From NCBI RefSeq assembly GCF_001194135.2, contig NC_068997.1, forward strand, positions 32,219,876 through 32,255,708: a stretch of DNA of 35,833 nucleotides. The letters run 5' to 3'. Position numbers and translations under genes: made by a program. Positions 23,696 through 33,475 of the stretch are shown here, one piece after another. The notes under the pieces were generated by a model. That model worked only from the letters and a program-made list of their open reading frames with translations, was not told the origin of the DNA and did not search any database. Every line of letters begins with the position of its first letter. The first letter of the stretch is position 1. Source of the stretch: Octopus bimaculoides (lineage: Eukaryota).

Positions 23696-23870
23696 AAACA
23701 TAACAAAAACACCAGGACTTATAAATATATATAACATACAGAAAATTGCACTACTGGGCACTGCACACATCCTACGCAAAGCACTTTCAATACAGTAAAC
23801 ATAAGAGCACCACAGCAAACCACAGCACATACCCAAGGCACACAGAGCTGCGCTCGGTAGTGAAGTGATG
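23696..23870 (+). mobile_element. R4/Dong-like LINE extreme 3' fragment (ORF end plus 3' UTR)
   Basis: Intact frame KNITKTPGLINIYNIQKIALLGTAHILRKALSIQ* matches the QK.ALLGTA.ILR..L C-terminus of R4/Dong ORFs. It directly follows an (AAT)n array. Confidence 0.85.
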
Positions 23871-24714
23871 GACCTGTGGTCATTACGATTTGCTTAGTCA
23901 TACAGATCCCACCCAACAACATGTCATTTCTGGTTCCTTCGGGTGTTCACAATGTGCCCGAACTGTAGCAAACGTTATAACAAGTCGCGAGTCAACCTAC
24001 GATCCAATGTTTCTGGCTGTGTTTCTTCTATTACGCTTTTCATATACAATGGCACAAGTATGTGGTGAGGTGTGGGGGTTGTATCTTGGCTTGTCAACTT
24101 GTCTCGACCTCAAGATCGCAAACCAGATGAACAACCTTCTTAGCCTAACCAAGCTTGATGAAAACCACAATGCCTCAAATAGCCAGCAAGAACATCTTTG
24201 AATAGCTCCTTGATGGAAGAGTGATATGGCCTTCACTTTCCGAAAAGCAAAGGATAAAATATTCAGGAAAGAGGACAGATTTTTTTGGGGCATAGGTCTT
24301 CTATTGTGTTTTCAGAGAAATGTCTCAATCAAAATTAGCAATCTGTTGCTGTTTATGAATTTGGTCTGGAAGCTCTCATCAACGTTTGATATCGCCTAAT
24401 CCTGATCTATGAAAGCCGAATTTAGAAAGAACACCTTAATGTTGTAGTTTCCAGGAATTGGAAAATCTTCTTTATAGTCAATAAATACTTGAGAATTAAT
24501 TGCACCTGCAGTCTTTGATAAACTCTTCAAGATCAATTTTAAAACGTTGTCTCTCTCCGGTTGATAGTTTTGGCATTGGAACAATTACTGCCATGACATT
24601 TGAAGATAGATTTCTCCACAAGAAAATAAAAGATGATTTCATACTACCTGTTCCCAATAAAATCTGCTTTAGAGGAATATGGTTTGTTGGTCCTGTGTAC
24701 AACATACGTGTTGC

Positions 24715-24934
24715 ATGTAAGGGGTTCTGAAAAGTTCCTGGTTTTGGGTAAAAGAAAATACAGGAGGATCAGTTAATTATGATTTTATTCAATATATTCC
24801 CCTCTCAGATTCACACACTTATTGCAGCGGTCCTTCAGTTTTTCTAAACCTGTAAAAGAACTTGAAAGGTTGAGCTTCCAACCAGGCCTTTCGCGACACC
24901 CTTAGAACCAGGAACATTTTAGCACCCACTCGTA
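24715..24934 (-). mobile_element. Mariner-type MITE (~220 bp), copy 1
   Basis: TIRs ggggttctgaaaagttcctgg ... ccaggaacattttagcacccactcgta, with TA at the right end. It is the reverse complement of copies 2 and 3. Confidence 0.92.
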
Positions 24935-25189
24935 GATATATCTCCCACTTGAACATGAATTTATTTTTCAACAGGAATCTTCCGTGTTATACGTTTCTTC
25001 TGAAATAACAGCCAAACCTTCTTGAAACCATACCCTGCAGTTTTGATGAGGAAGTGTTCATTGGGTATTGTAATTTTCATACACACTATTTGTAAAGAAG
25101 ACGAAAAGGTAATGTCTGACACACCTTTGAACACAGGTATGCTGAATCAGAGCAGACGTGAAGTTCAACAATAACAACAGCAGGAAAAG

Positions 25190-25363
25190 GAGTCGCAGCG
25201 AGGCAGCAGAGATAGCTTTTATGTGGTCACCACATGCCAAGCCATATTGTCTTATAAAAAACAGGAGGACACATTGGGGTTGGTGACACAGGACACGTGT
25301 AGAATGTTATCGTCATAGTTGGAGCGTCTACTCGGTGAGGATCGACCTGAGACAAAACAACAG
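25190..25363 (-). mobile_element. Dispersed repeat family D, degenerate copy
   Basis: Reverse complement reads tgttttgtctcaggtcgatcc..gagtagac..ccaatgtgtcct. Confidence 0.5.
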
Positions 25364-25429
25364 CGAAAACAAATATTTAATGATGTAATCAATATACTCA
25401 CGTCGTCATGGAAATTGAGAAGACTGAAA

Positions 25430-25490
<61 letters not shown>
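25430..25490. repeat. (TAG)n microsatellite
   Basis: Direct reading. Confidence 0.97.
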
Positions 25491-25491
<1 letters not shown>

Positions 25492-25795
25492 AACTATTTT
25501 GCGTTGTTTGCCGATACAATGTCAATAAACTGCATAGGATTGAATAGGGAGTGTGGTGAGGTGGGGGCGTTGCAGAAACTGATACAAAGGCTCGAATGGT
25601 GGTGGTGGTGGGTGACGGTCTCTAATGGCTTTTGTCTATGTAATGCAATGACCTGGCTGACAACGCCCTGAAGTTGATTCAAGCGTCTATACACACACAC
25701 ACACAAATATGCACGTACACAGATAACATTTATGTGTTTACGTGTACTTTTTATTATCTATATCTATTTATGTATATATATGTGTGTACGTGTAT

Positions 25796-26007
25796 AACGA
25801 GAGATGCTGAAAGTTCCTGGCTTTCAGGGTGTCGCGAAAGGCCTGGTTGCAGGCACTACCTTTCAAGATCTTTTACAGGGCTCAAAATATATGAAGAATC
25901 GCTGCGATAAGTGTGTGAATCTGAGACGGGAATATATTGAATAAAACCGTAATTAACTGATCCCTCCTGTATTTTCTTGTACCCAAAGCCAGGAACTTTT
26001 CAGCTCA

Positions 26008-26014
<7 letters not shown>
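25796..26014 (+). mobile_element. Mariner-type MITE, copy 2
   Basis: acgagagatgctgaaagttcctggcttt ... aaagccaggaacttttcagctcacctcg. The right end merges into (GT)n. Confidence 0.92.

Positions 26015-26076
<62 letters not shown>
26012..26076. repeat. (GT)n microsatellite
   Basis: Direct reading. Confidence 0.97.
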
Positions 26077-26077
<1 letters not shown>

Positions 26078-26360
26078 ATGGTAAAAACCTTGCTTTGCAA
26101 TTATGACATCTCGTGTTCGATTCCATTGTGTGGTATCTTGAGCAATTATCTTCACGAACGTAGTCTCAAGTTAACACAACTCTCATGAGTGTAATTTGGT
26201 ATATGGCAACTGTGCGGAAGCCCGTTTGAAGAGTAGTTTTGTCTCCATATTGTGTCACACAGGTTCTGCTTCGGGACTACGTCAAAGGTAAGGTACACGT
26301 GCCTGTGGTGAACCCAGCCACTTACGTATGATCCAATGATTGGACAGTTCAGTTGAAGAC
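26077..26360 (+). mobile_element. SINE with a family A-like head and a different 3' half
   Basis: tggtaaaaaccttgc..gttcgattcc..ggtatcttgagcaa..gtgtaatttggtatatggcaactgtgcggaagcccg aligns with the family A head; the downstream sequence does not match the A tail. Confidence 0.65.
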
Positions 26361-26426
26361 GTGTGTGTGTGTGGAGGCGTTCCATGTGAGAAGATATCTT
26401 TAACAACTGCGTCAGACAACCATATT

Positions 26427-26582
26427 CAAGCGCGGTCCCAGGAATTTTTCGAAGGGAGGGCATAAGATCAAAAGGAAATACAGTTCCAGGAAAAAATGGT
26501 ATAATGACTTTTTTTTAGAAGGGCACAGTTCTTTTCTTGAGGGGTACACGTGCCCCTCATTCCCTCCTTAGGTCTGCCCCTG
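26427..26582. mobile_element. Short GC-ended MITE-like element (~156 bp)
   Basis: Imperfect TIR caagcgcggtccca vs reverse complement caggggcagaccta (9/14), flanked on both sides by ATATT. Confidence 0.55.
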
Positions 26583-26613
26583 ATATTAGCTAAACAAAAT
26601 ATACGTTCATCAA

Positions 26614-27394
26614 CTCTATTGCTTGTTTCAGTTACTGGTTTGGCGACCATGCTGGAATATGACCTTACAGGTTTAGTCGAACTCATTTACCCCTGTACTT
26701 ATTTTAAGCGTGGGACTTATTCTATCGGTGTCTTGTACCGAACCGCTAGATTACGGGGACGTAAACAAACCTGCTTCGTTTGTCAAGTAGCGGGGAATGA
26801 CAAACATAAGCACAAAGAAACACACGCGCGCACATACACTCACTCGCACACACAGATATATATACATATATACATANNNNNNNNNNNNNNNNNNNNNNNN
26901 NNNNNNNNNNNNNNNNNNNNNNNNNNNNNNNNNNNNNNNNNNNNNNNNNNNNNNNNNNNNNNNNNNNNNNNNNNNNNNNNNNNNNNNNNNNNNNNNNNNN
27001 NNNNNNNNNNNNNNNNNNNNATATGTAAGAGACAAGGTGTACGTACGCCGCTATATATATATATATATATATATAATACAGAATGGGACAAGAGCGCGAA
27101 ACATCCAGATAGACGATACAAAGCAAACAATGATAGGTCATTCGAAGTTTTCTTTCCTCAGTGGAGATCCAGATTATCCTTGCAATTTCGGCTGGTTATT
27201 CTCGAAAATAACACACGTGTGTGTGTGTGTGTGTGTGTGCATACACAGTGGTCTTCCTCAAAGTTTCCGTCTATCAAATTTTACTCGCAATGTATAGGTC
27301 TACCTGAGGTTTAATTAGAACTCGATGTACCAGGCACTGTAGCTGAACCCTAAACCATGCGGTTGAGAACTAAAATTGTTAACGACACAACCAC
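26614..27394 (-). mobile_element. SINE family A with a nested insertion and a 144-N gap (26877-27020)
   Basis: Tail cttgtttcag..gaccatgctgg..ccgaaccgctagattacggggacgtaaaca at the left; head agtttccgtctatcaaat..ctgaaccc..aaccatgcggttgag..cacaaccac at the right. Confidence 0.88.
27070..27212 (-). mobile_element. Non-SINE insert inside the SINE A microsatellite, carrying a hammerhead-like core (possible Penelope-like pLTR fragment)
   Basis: Unique-looking sequence between (TA)n and (TG)n. The minus strand reads GAAA-ttgcaaggataa-TC-tggatctcca-CTGAGGA. Confidence 0.45.
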
Positions 27395-27621
27395 ATATTT
27401 ATTGTTTTATAATGATAGACATGGCATCTGAAACCATTTCAAGGTGGCTATGGTTGATAGAACACCGCAAGTGGAACCCTTCTGTAGGTGAAGACTAGTT
27501 CAGTCCTCGCTGCGCCATCCAGGTGAAACGTAGAGGCTAAGGGATGAAACGCTCGTGACACTGAGACATCTGCTGATGACATGGAAGATTGATTCAAAAA
27601 ATAATTTGTAACGGCTCTAGG

Positions 27622-27867
27622 CAGAGCCGGCGCTTGGAAATACGGGGCCCAATTAAAAAATTGTCAGCGGGTCCCTCTACAAAAGCTGGAGAGTGATGTT
27701 TTATGCTTCGTATAGTACGCCAGTTCCAGTCAAAAATCGTTGAATGTTTGAGGCTCTACCATTAGTCCTAATGATATTCTAAAAATTCATCATAGCGTCC
27801 TGGGCCCGACCGTATGCGCGAGTCCCAATTTGAACAAATCTGTCGAATTGGTTTAAAACCGCCCCTG
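27622..27867. mobile_element. hAT-like MITE (246 bp) with GC-rich termini
   Basis: Ends cagagccggc ... ccgcccctg. Flanking 8-mers gctctagg / gctctgag match 6/8. Confidence 0.7.
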
Positions 27868-28042
27868 GCTCTGAGTAGCACCTGCGGCTTCTGTTTGGAA
27901 CAAGGTAACTCTGATGTTTATTGCTACTGAGTATCAAAATCTTTCAGTGTGCGTTCACGACCTGGCCATTAATAGCTTACTTCACCATATCTCAACAATG
28001 ATATCAGTGAATACCATCAAGTAACAAACATTTGAAAGATAT

Positions 28043-28236
28043 GAAGCAACGTGAAGATTCTATGCGGTCGTTCAACCTGCTAGAAAAGAAACTAAAATTC
28101 TCACAAATTGCACACTGGCGTAAGAAGGACACGTTGGATAGAGTGAAAATAAAGGAAAGTAAAAGTGGTGACAACCTCGACGATATTGAACGATAGGCCT
28201 TTTCGATCAGGGTTCATCGAGGACAAAACAATTATT
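28043..28236 (-). mobile_element. Dispersed repeat family D, copy
   Basis: Reverse complement reads ttgttttgtcc..ccctgatcgaaaaggcctat..tatccaacgtgtcctt..ttctagcaggttgaacgaccgcataga. Confidence 0.6.
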
Positions 28237-28239
28237 GTG

Positions 28240-28389
28240 TGAGTATATGTATATGCACACACACACATGTATGTATATATGTATGTGTGTATGCATATAC
28301 ATATATTCACTCACACAATATATATGTATGTATATATACATATACATATATATGTATGTATATATGCATACATACATACATACATACAC

Positions 28390-28424
<35 letters not shown>

Positions 28425-28539
28425 CGTGTGTGTGTGTATGTGTGTGTGTGTATCTATATATATATACTTGTCTTCGTATTTCATGTTGTTTATGTTTTAT
28501 GACGTCCAGTACCCATATATGCATGTATATATATATGTA

Positions 28540-28601
<62 letters not shown>

Positions 28602-29377
28602 NNNNNNNNNNNNNNNNNNNNNNNNNNNNNNNNNNNNNNNNNNNNNNNNNNNNNNNNNNNNNNNNNNNNNNNNNNNNNNNNNNNNNNNNNNNNNNNNNNN
28701 NNNNNNNNNNNNNNNNNNNNNNNNNNNNNNNNNNNNNNNNNNNNNNNNNNNNNNNNNNNNNNNNNNNNNNNNNNNNNNNNNNNNNNNNNNNNNNNNNNNN
28801 NNNNNNNNNNNNNNNNNNNNNNNNNNNNNNNNNNNNNNNNNNNNNNNNNNNNNNNNNNNNNNNNNNNNNNNNNNNNNNNNNNNNNNNNNNNNNNNNNNNN
28901 NNNNNNNNNNNNNNNNNNNNNNNNNNNNNNNNNNNNNNNNNNNNNNNNNNNNNNNNNNNNNNNNNNNNNNNNNNNNNNNNNNNNNNNNNNNNNNNNNNNN
29001 NNNNNNNNNNNNNNNNNNNNNNNNNNNNNNNNNNNNNNNNNNNNNNNNNNNNNNNNNNNNNNNNNNNNNNNNNNNNNNNNNNNNNNNNNNNNNNNNNNNN
29101 NNNNNNNNNNNNNNNNNNNNNNNNNNNNNNNNNNNNNNNNNNNNNNNNNNNNNNNNNNNNNNNNNNNNNNNNNNNNNNNNNNNNNNNNNNNNNNNNNNNN
29201 NNNNNNNNNNNNNNNNNNNNNNNNNNNNNNNNNNNNNNNNNNNNNNNNNNNNNNNNNNNNNNNNNNNNNNNNNNNNNNNNNNNNNNNNNNNNNNNNNNNN
29301 NNNNNNNNNNNNNNNNNNNNNNNNNNNNNNNNNNNNNNNNNNNNNNNNNNNNNNNNNNNNNNNNNNNNNNNNNNNNN

Positions 29378-29421
<44 letters not shown>

Positions 29422-29482
29422 ATAGAGAGAGAGAGGGAGTAAGAGGGAGAGAGAGAGGGAGAAAGTGAGAGAGAGAGTGAGA
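28240..29482. repeat. Compound (TA)/(TG)/(TACA)/(GA) microsatellite block with a 776-N gap (28602-29377)
   Basis: Direct reading. It includes a short non-simple island at ~28468-28525. Confidence 0.93.
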
Positions 29483-29774
29483 TAATACTGCAGGATTTGG
29501 AAACATATTGACGTTGTTTGAATGTTTATACTAAATGTTAACACTCTATACTATGTCGACTTGTATACTGGAAAATACAGTAGATATTATTCATCTTCCA
29601 TGCAGTCAGATCCATGAATGTTCTCCTAATCTGAAAGTTTATACATCGAATTATATTCATTTATTTTCCGCTGACGAAGCCTAATACGTACAAGTGTTCG
29701 AAGTTGTCTTTCTTGCTTGTTCGGCAAACGAATAATGGTAGCTCATCCTGATATATATTGTTAATCGTTGCATA

Positions 29775-29877
29775 GGCGCAGGAGTGGCCGAGTGGCTGTG
29801 TGGTAAGTAGCTTGCTAACCAAACACATGGCTCCGGGTTCAGTCAAATGGCTGAAACAAATAAAAGAATAAAAGAAT
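29775..29877 (+). mobile_element. SINE family A, internally deleted (head fused to tail)
   Basis: ggcgcaggagtgg..gtggtaagtagcttgc..ccgggtt-CAGTC-aaatggctgaaacaaataaaagaataaaag. Confidence 0.92.
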
Positions 29878-29939
29878 TTAACTCTACTGCAGTTATTTCC
29901 GATGGTGAAAATATCAATAAACAAACTTACTTCTTTTAT

Positions 29940-30025
29940 TGGGTTCAAATTTTGGCAGAAGGCCAGCAAGTTCGGGGGAGGGGGTAAGTCAATTGCATCG
30001 ACCATCGACCACAGTGCTCAACTGG
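29940..30025 (-). mobile_element. SINE family B, 3' fragment
   Basis: ggttcaaattttggcagaaggccagcaag..ggggtaagtc..cagtgctcaactggt. Confidence 0.85.
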
Positions 30026-30125
30026 TTAAACAGCAACAACAACAACAACAACAACCGGTTCTTTACTGAACAAGGCAAGGACATTAAAATGGAATTTGGG
30101 CTAAAATAAAATGTGCAATAATATT

Positions 30126-30335
30126 GGTTTAAAATTTTAGAATGGCACCGGTAATTTTGGTGGAGGGGTAAGTCGATTACATCGACCCCAGGGTTCCAAT
30201 GGTATTTATGCTATCAACCCCGAAAGGATGAAAGGCAAAGTGGACCTCGGCAGAATTTGAACCCAGAATGTAAAGACGGACGAAATACCGCTAAACGTTT
30301 TGTCCGGCTTGCTATCGATTCTATCAGCTCACCGC
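30126..30335 (-). mobile_element. SINE family B, full length
   Basis: aaaatttt..ggggtaagtcgattacatcgaccccag..ccgaaaggatgaaaggcaaagtggacctcggcagaatttgaac..gaaataccgctaa..cagctcaccgc. Confidence 0.93.
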
Positions 30336-30790
30336 ATTTCCGACTTCTTTTATAATAACAAATGAATTGTAGGTAAGCACAAGTGCTATTTTTAAAGGCT
30401 CTAAGATCAGTTTACTAACTATGTGCCATCTCAAGTATTACTTATGGCGCATAGGACATGGAGCCTGGTAAAAGAAAGACCCAACAAATAAGCTAAGAAC
30501 TATTCAACAAACTTATGAACGCGTTGTGCTTGGACTCACGTGAAAAGACCATAAAACAATTAAATGGATCTGAAAACAAAGCAAAAGTTTCGACTGAATG
30601 TCATTTTCGAAATGACGTCGTATAATATTTAATATCGAGCAAAGCAGCGAATATACATTTGAAACCCAAAGTGTCAACTACACATTGTCAACAACACTAT
30701 GCGCAGTTTAAGAACAACGTTCAAAAACATGGCAGCCCACTTGAAATGTAAATAAACGACCGATTTTTCACATAATCACGAGGTCAATTT

Positions 30791-30793
<3 letters not shown>

Positions 30794-30844
<51 letters not shown>
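30794..30844. repeat. (GA)n microsatellite
   Basis: Direct reading. Confidence 0.97.
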
Positions 30845-30849
<5 letters not shown>

Positions 30850-31155
30850 AAGGTCATATACGCCATATACTTACACATATATAATAATGTTTACTATAGA
30901 TACAAGCTGCTGTAAATATACCCCAATCCATCTTTCTGTATAATGTCAACAACTTTTGAAAAACATATGAATGCAAAATAGACATAATTTACATTATATA
31001 TAAGTATTTTGTAGAATTATGAACAGAGGCCGGAGGTGCTCATAATGACAACTTTTAAAAGGTACATACACCACGAGGAGGCAAGAGTGTGCGAGCGCGC
31101 AGGCAGGCAGGCACGCACGCACGCACACACGCACATTTACATTTATTTGTCTACC

Positions 31156-31380
31156 TATGAGGAGGTGCTGAAAAGTTCTTGGCTTTAAAGGTCTCGTGAA
31201 AGGCCTGGTTGCAGTCCCAGCGTTCAGAGTTCTTTTACAGGGCTTAGAAAAGTTGAAGGACCGATGCAATAAGTGTGTGAATCTAAGAGGAGAATATGTT
31301 AAATAAAATCATAATTAACTGATTCCACTGTATCTTCTTTTTTTTACCCAAAGCCAAGGACTTTTCAGCACCCGCTCGTA
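31156..31380 (+). mobile_element. Mariner-type MITE, copy 3
   Basis: TAtgaggaggtgctgaaaagttcttggcttt ... aaagccaaggacttttcagcacccgctcgTA, with TA at both ends. Confidence 0.95.
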
Positions 31381-31490
31381 TATATAATACAAACTTGTGT
31401 ATATACACATCTAAATATGCACACACATATGCGCGCTCATATATATTCGATCCTCGTCAATTTCTACGACGCGCATTCGATCAACTAAAC

Positions 31491-31833
31491 CAAAAGTTCT
31501 CAACTGGGATCCATACGACCCCTGAGGGTTTATATGATATTTTAGGGTTCACACAAGCAAAAGAGTAAATTGTAGCTCCACAGTTGTATTTTAGGGGTCC
31601 ACGAAAAAATTTTGCTTTACATGTATTTACTGTAAGAAAGTGCTAGGTGTTTTCTCTAGCATTATACGCAGTTCAACCCACACAAGTTAATGTGTGAAAA
31701 CCAAAATAGGAATTTTGAAAGAAGCATCTATAAAGCTAGTTTATAATCATCGAAAGACTATAGAGGTCCACCGTAATAGAATGGTAATTAAAGGGGCTTC
31801 ATAGGTGAAAAGTGAACTTTTTGAGAAAAACTG
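31491..31833 (-). mobile_element. hAT (Buster/Charlie-type) MITE, copy 3
   Basis: Ends caaaagttctcaact ... ttgagaaaaactg. Flanking 8-mers aactaaac / gactaaat match 6/8. The interior is the reverse complement of copies 1 and 2. Confidence 0.85.
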
Positions 31834-31959
31834 GACTAAATTATGTCCACCATAAATAAAGCATACAAATGTGTACGCAAGGGCACATATGCCCTTAATA
31901 AAATCCTCGGGTCGAATGACCGCAACACAGTAGTGGACGAAGCTGAATTACGGGTACAC

Positions 31960-32095
31960 TCCATCTGCCAGGCTTCTATACAGTTTCCGATTACCCCCAT
32001 TTCACTCACAAAGTCTGAATTCAGGTGAGGCTTGGGTAAAAGGTATTTGCCCTGATATTAACCAAGGTACCGTTTTGCAGGATCAAAACCAAGAT
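31960..32095 (-). mobile_element. SINE family A-like head fragment, degenerate
   Basis: ggcttctatacagtttccg..ttcactcacaaag..tttgccc..aaggtacc..aaacc. Confidence 0.55.
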
Positions 32096-32109
32096 CCCAA
32101 GGTAGCAAC

Positions 32110-32587
32110 ATGTATGTATATGTGTGTGTGTGTGTGTGTGCGCGCTCGCACGCGCGCGTATGTATAAATATATCTACACATACCTTTATACACACAGAAA
32201 CATACACACATATATACACACGCTCACACATTCACACATTTTGTGATAGTGTTTGTCTGTGTGTGCGTGAATGCGCGCGCGCGCGAGTCTGTGTACTCCA
32301 AATGTCGTTGACATCTGGGTCACAGCCACCTTTAACTCCATTTTCTAGTTGTTTGTATTACGTATATGTACGCATGCCTATATATATCCGTGTCAATGTT
32401 TGTAGTTTGCATATACTTGTATGTACATACATACATACTTACATACATACTTACATACATACACATATATATGTATATATATATATACATACGTGTGTGC
32501 ATACATACATAAATACATACATACATACATATATTGACATAGATATACATTTACATACAAACGTATATATATATATACATACATAAA

Positions 32588-32623
<36 letters not shown>

Positions 32624-32625
32624 TG
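32110..32625. repeat. Compound (TG)/(CA)/(CG)/(TACA) microsatellite block
   Basis: Direct reading. Confidence 0.85.
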
Positions 32626-32976
32626 TGCGATAAAATTACACAAATGCAGCTGGATAGTGTTGCAGCTTGGATGTGCAAGTCATGTGTAAATATTTGCAGT
32701 AAAACGTTGGCAATGAATGCATTTCCTGGCGTGTTGCACCATTCTCTGATGTGCAGCAGCAAGAAGACGAGCAACAGCAACAACAACAACAACTATTGTA
32801 AAAAAAAAAGAAAATGCCACAAAAAAACAAAAAAAAAACGAAAATACTATAGCGCCATCATCACGAGCTACGACAACAATGAGACAAAACAAACGTTTTT
32901 GTTGTAAACAACGAAAACAACAACAACAGCGTTATCAACAAATATATAAAGAGTGAAACAGTCACGACGACACAAA

Positions 32977-32985
<9 letters not shown>

Positions 32986-33021
<36 letters not shown>

Positions 33022-33222
33022 NNNNNNNNNNNNNNNNNNNNNNNNNNNNNNNNNNNNNNNNNNNNNNNNNNNNNNNNNNNNNNNNNNNNNNNNNNNNNNN
33101 NNNNNNNNNNNNNNNNNNNNNNNNNNNNNNNNNNNNNNNNNNNNNNNNNNNNNNNNNNNNNNNNNNNNNNNNNNNNNNNNNNNNNNNNNNNNNNNNNNNN
33201 NNNNNNNNNNNNNNNNNNNNNN

Positions 33223-33258
<36 letters not shown>
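32986..33258. repeat. (TA)n, 201-N gap (33022-33222), then (AG)n
   Basis: Direct reading. Confidence 0.95.
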
Positions 33259-33263
<5 letters not shown>

Positions 33264-33319
33264 AGGCTGCAAGTATAGTAATAATAGCCATAACAAATAG
33301 TAACTGCAACGTTAATAAA

Positions 33320-33475
33320 ATTAAACAAGAAGCCACTACCACTACAATGACAGACACCGCCACCATTTCAACCACCGCCTCTGCCGCCGATAACACCACC
33401 ACCTCCACTACTACTGCCGTTACCACCACCACCACCAATACTGCTGTCACAACAACCACCGCCGCCGCCATTAAC
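33320..33475. repeat. Cryptic (ACC/ACT/GCC)n trinucleotide repeat
   Basis: Direct reading. Confidence 0.85.

Noticed and set aside
28207-29544. Longest ORFs in the track (292-445 aa)
   Set aside because: They consist of (TA)/(TG) repeats and the 776-N gap; these are translation artefacts.
29668-29740. CTGACGA followed by agcc..ggc-aaac as a hammerhead
   Set aside because: No intact GAAA or stem III; isolated CUGANGA heptamers are expected by chance.
16174-33222. N-gaps consistently flanked by dinucleotide repeats
   Set aside because: This is a short-read assembly limitation, not biology; repeat lengths next to gaps are unreliable.
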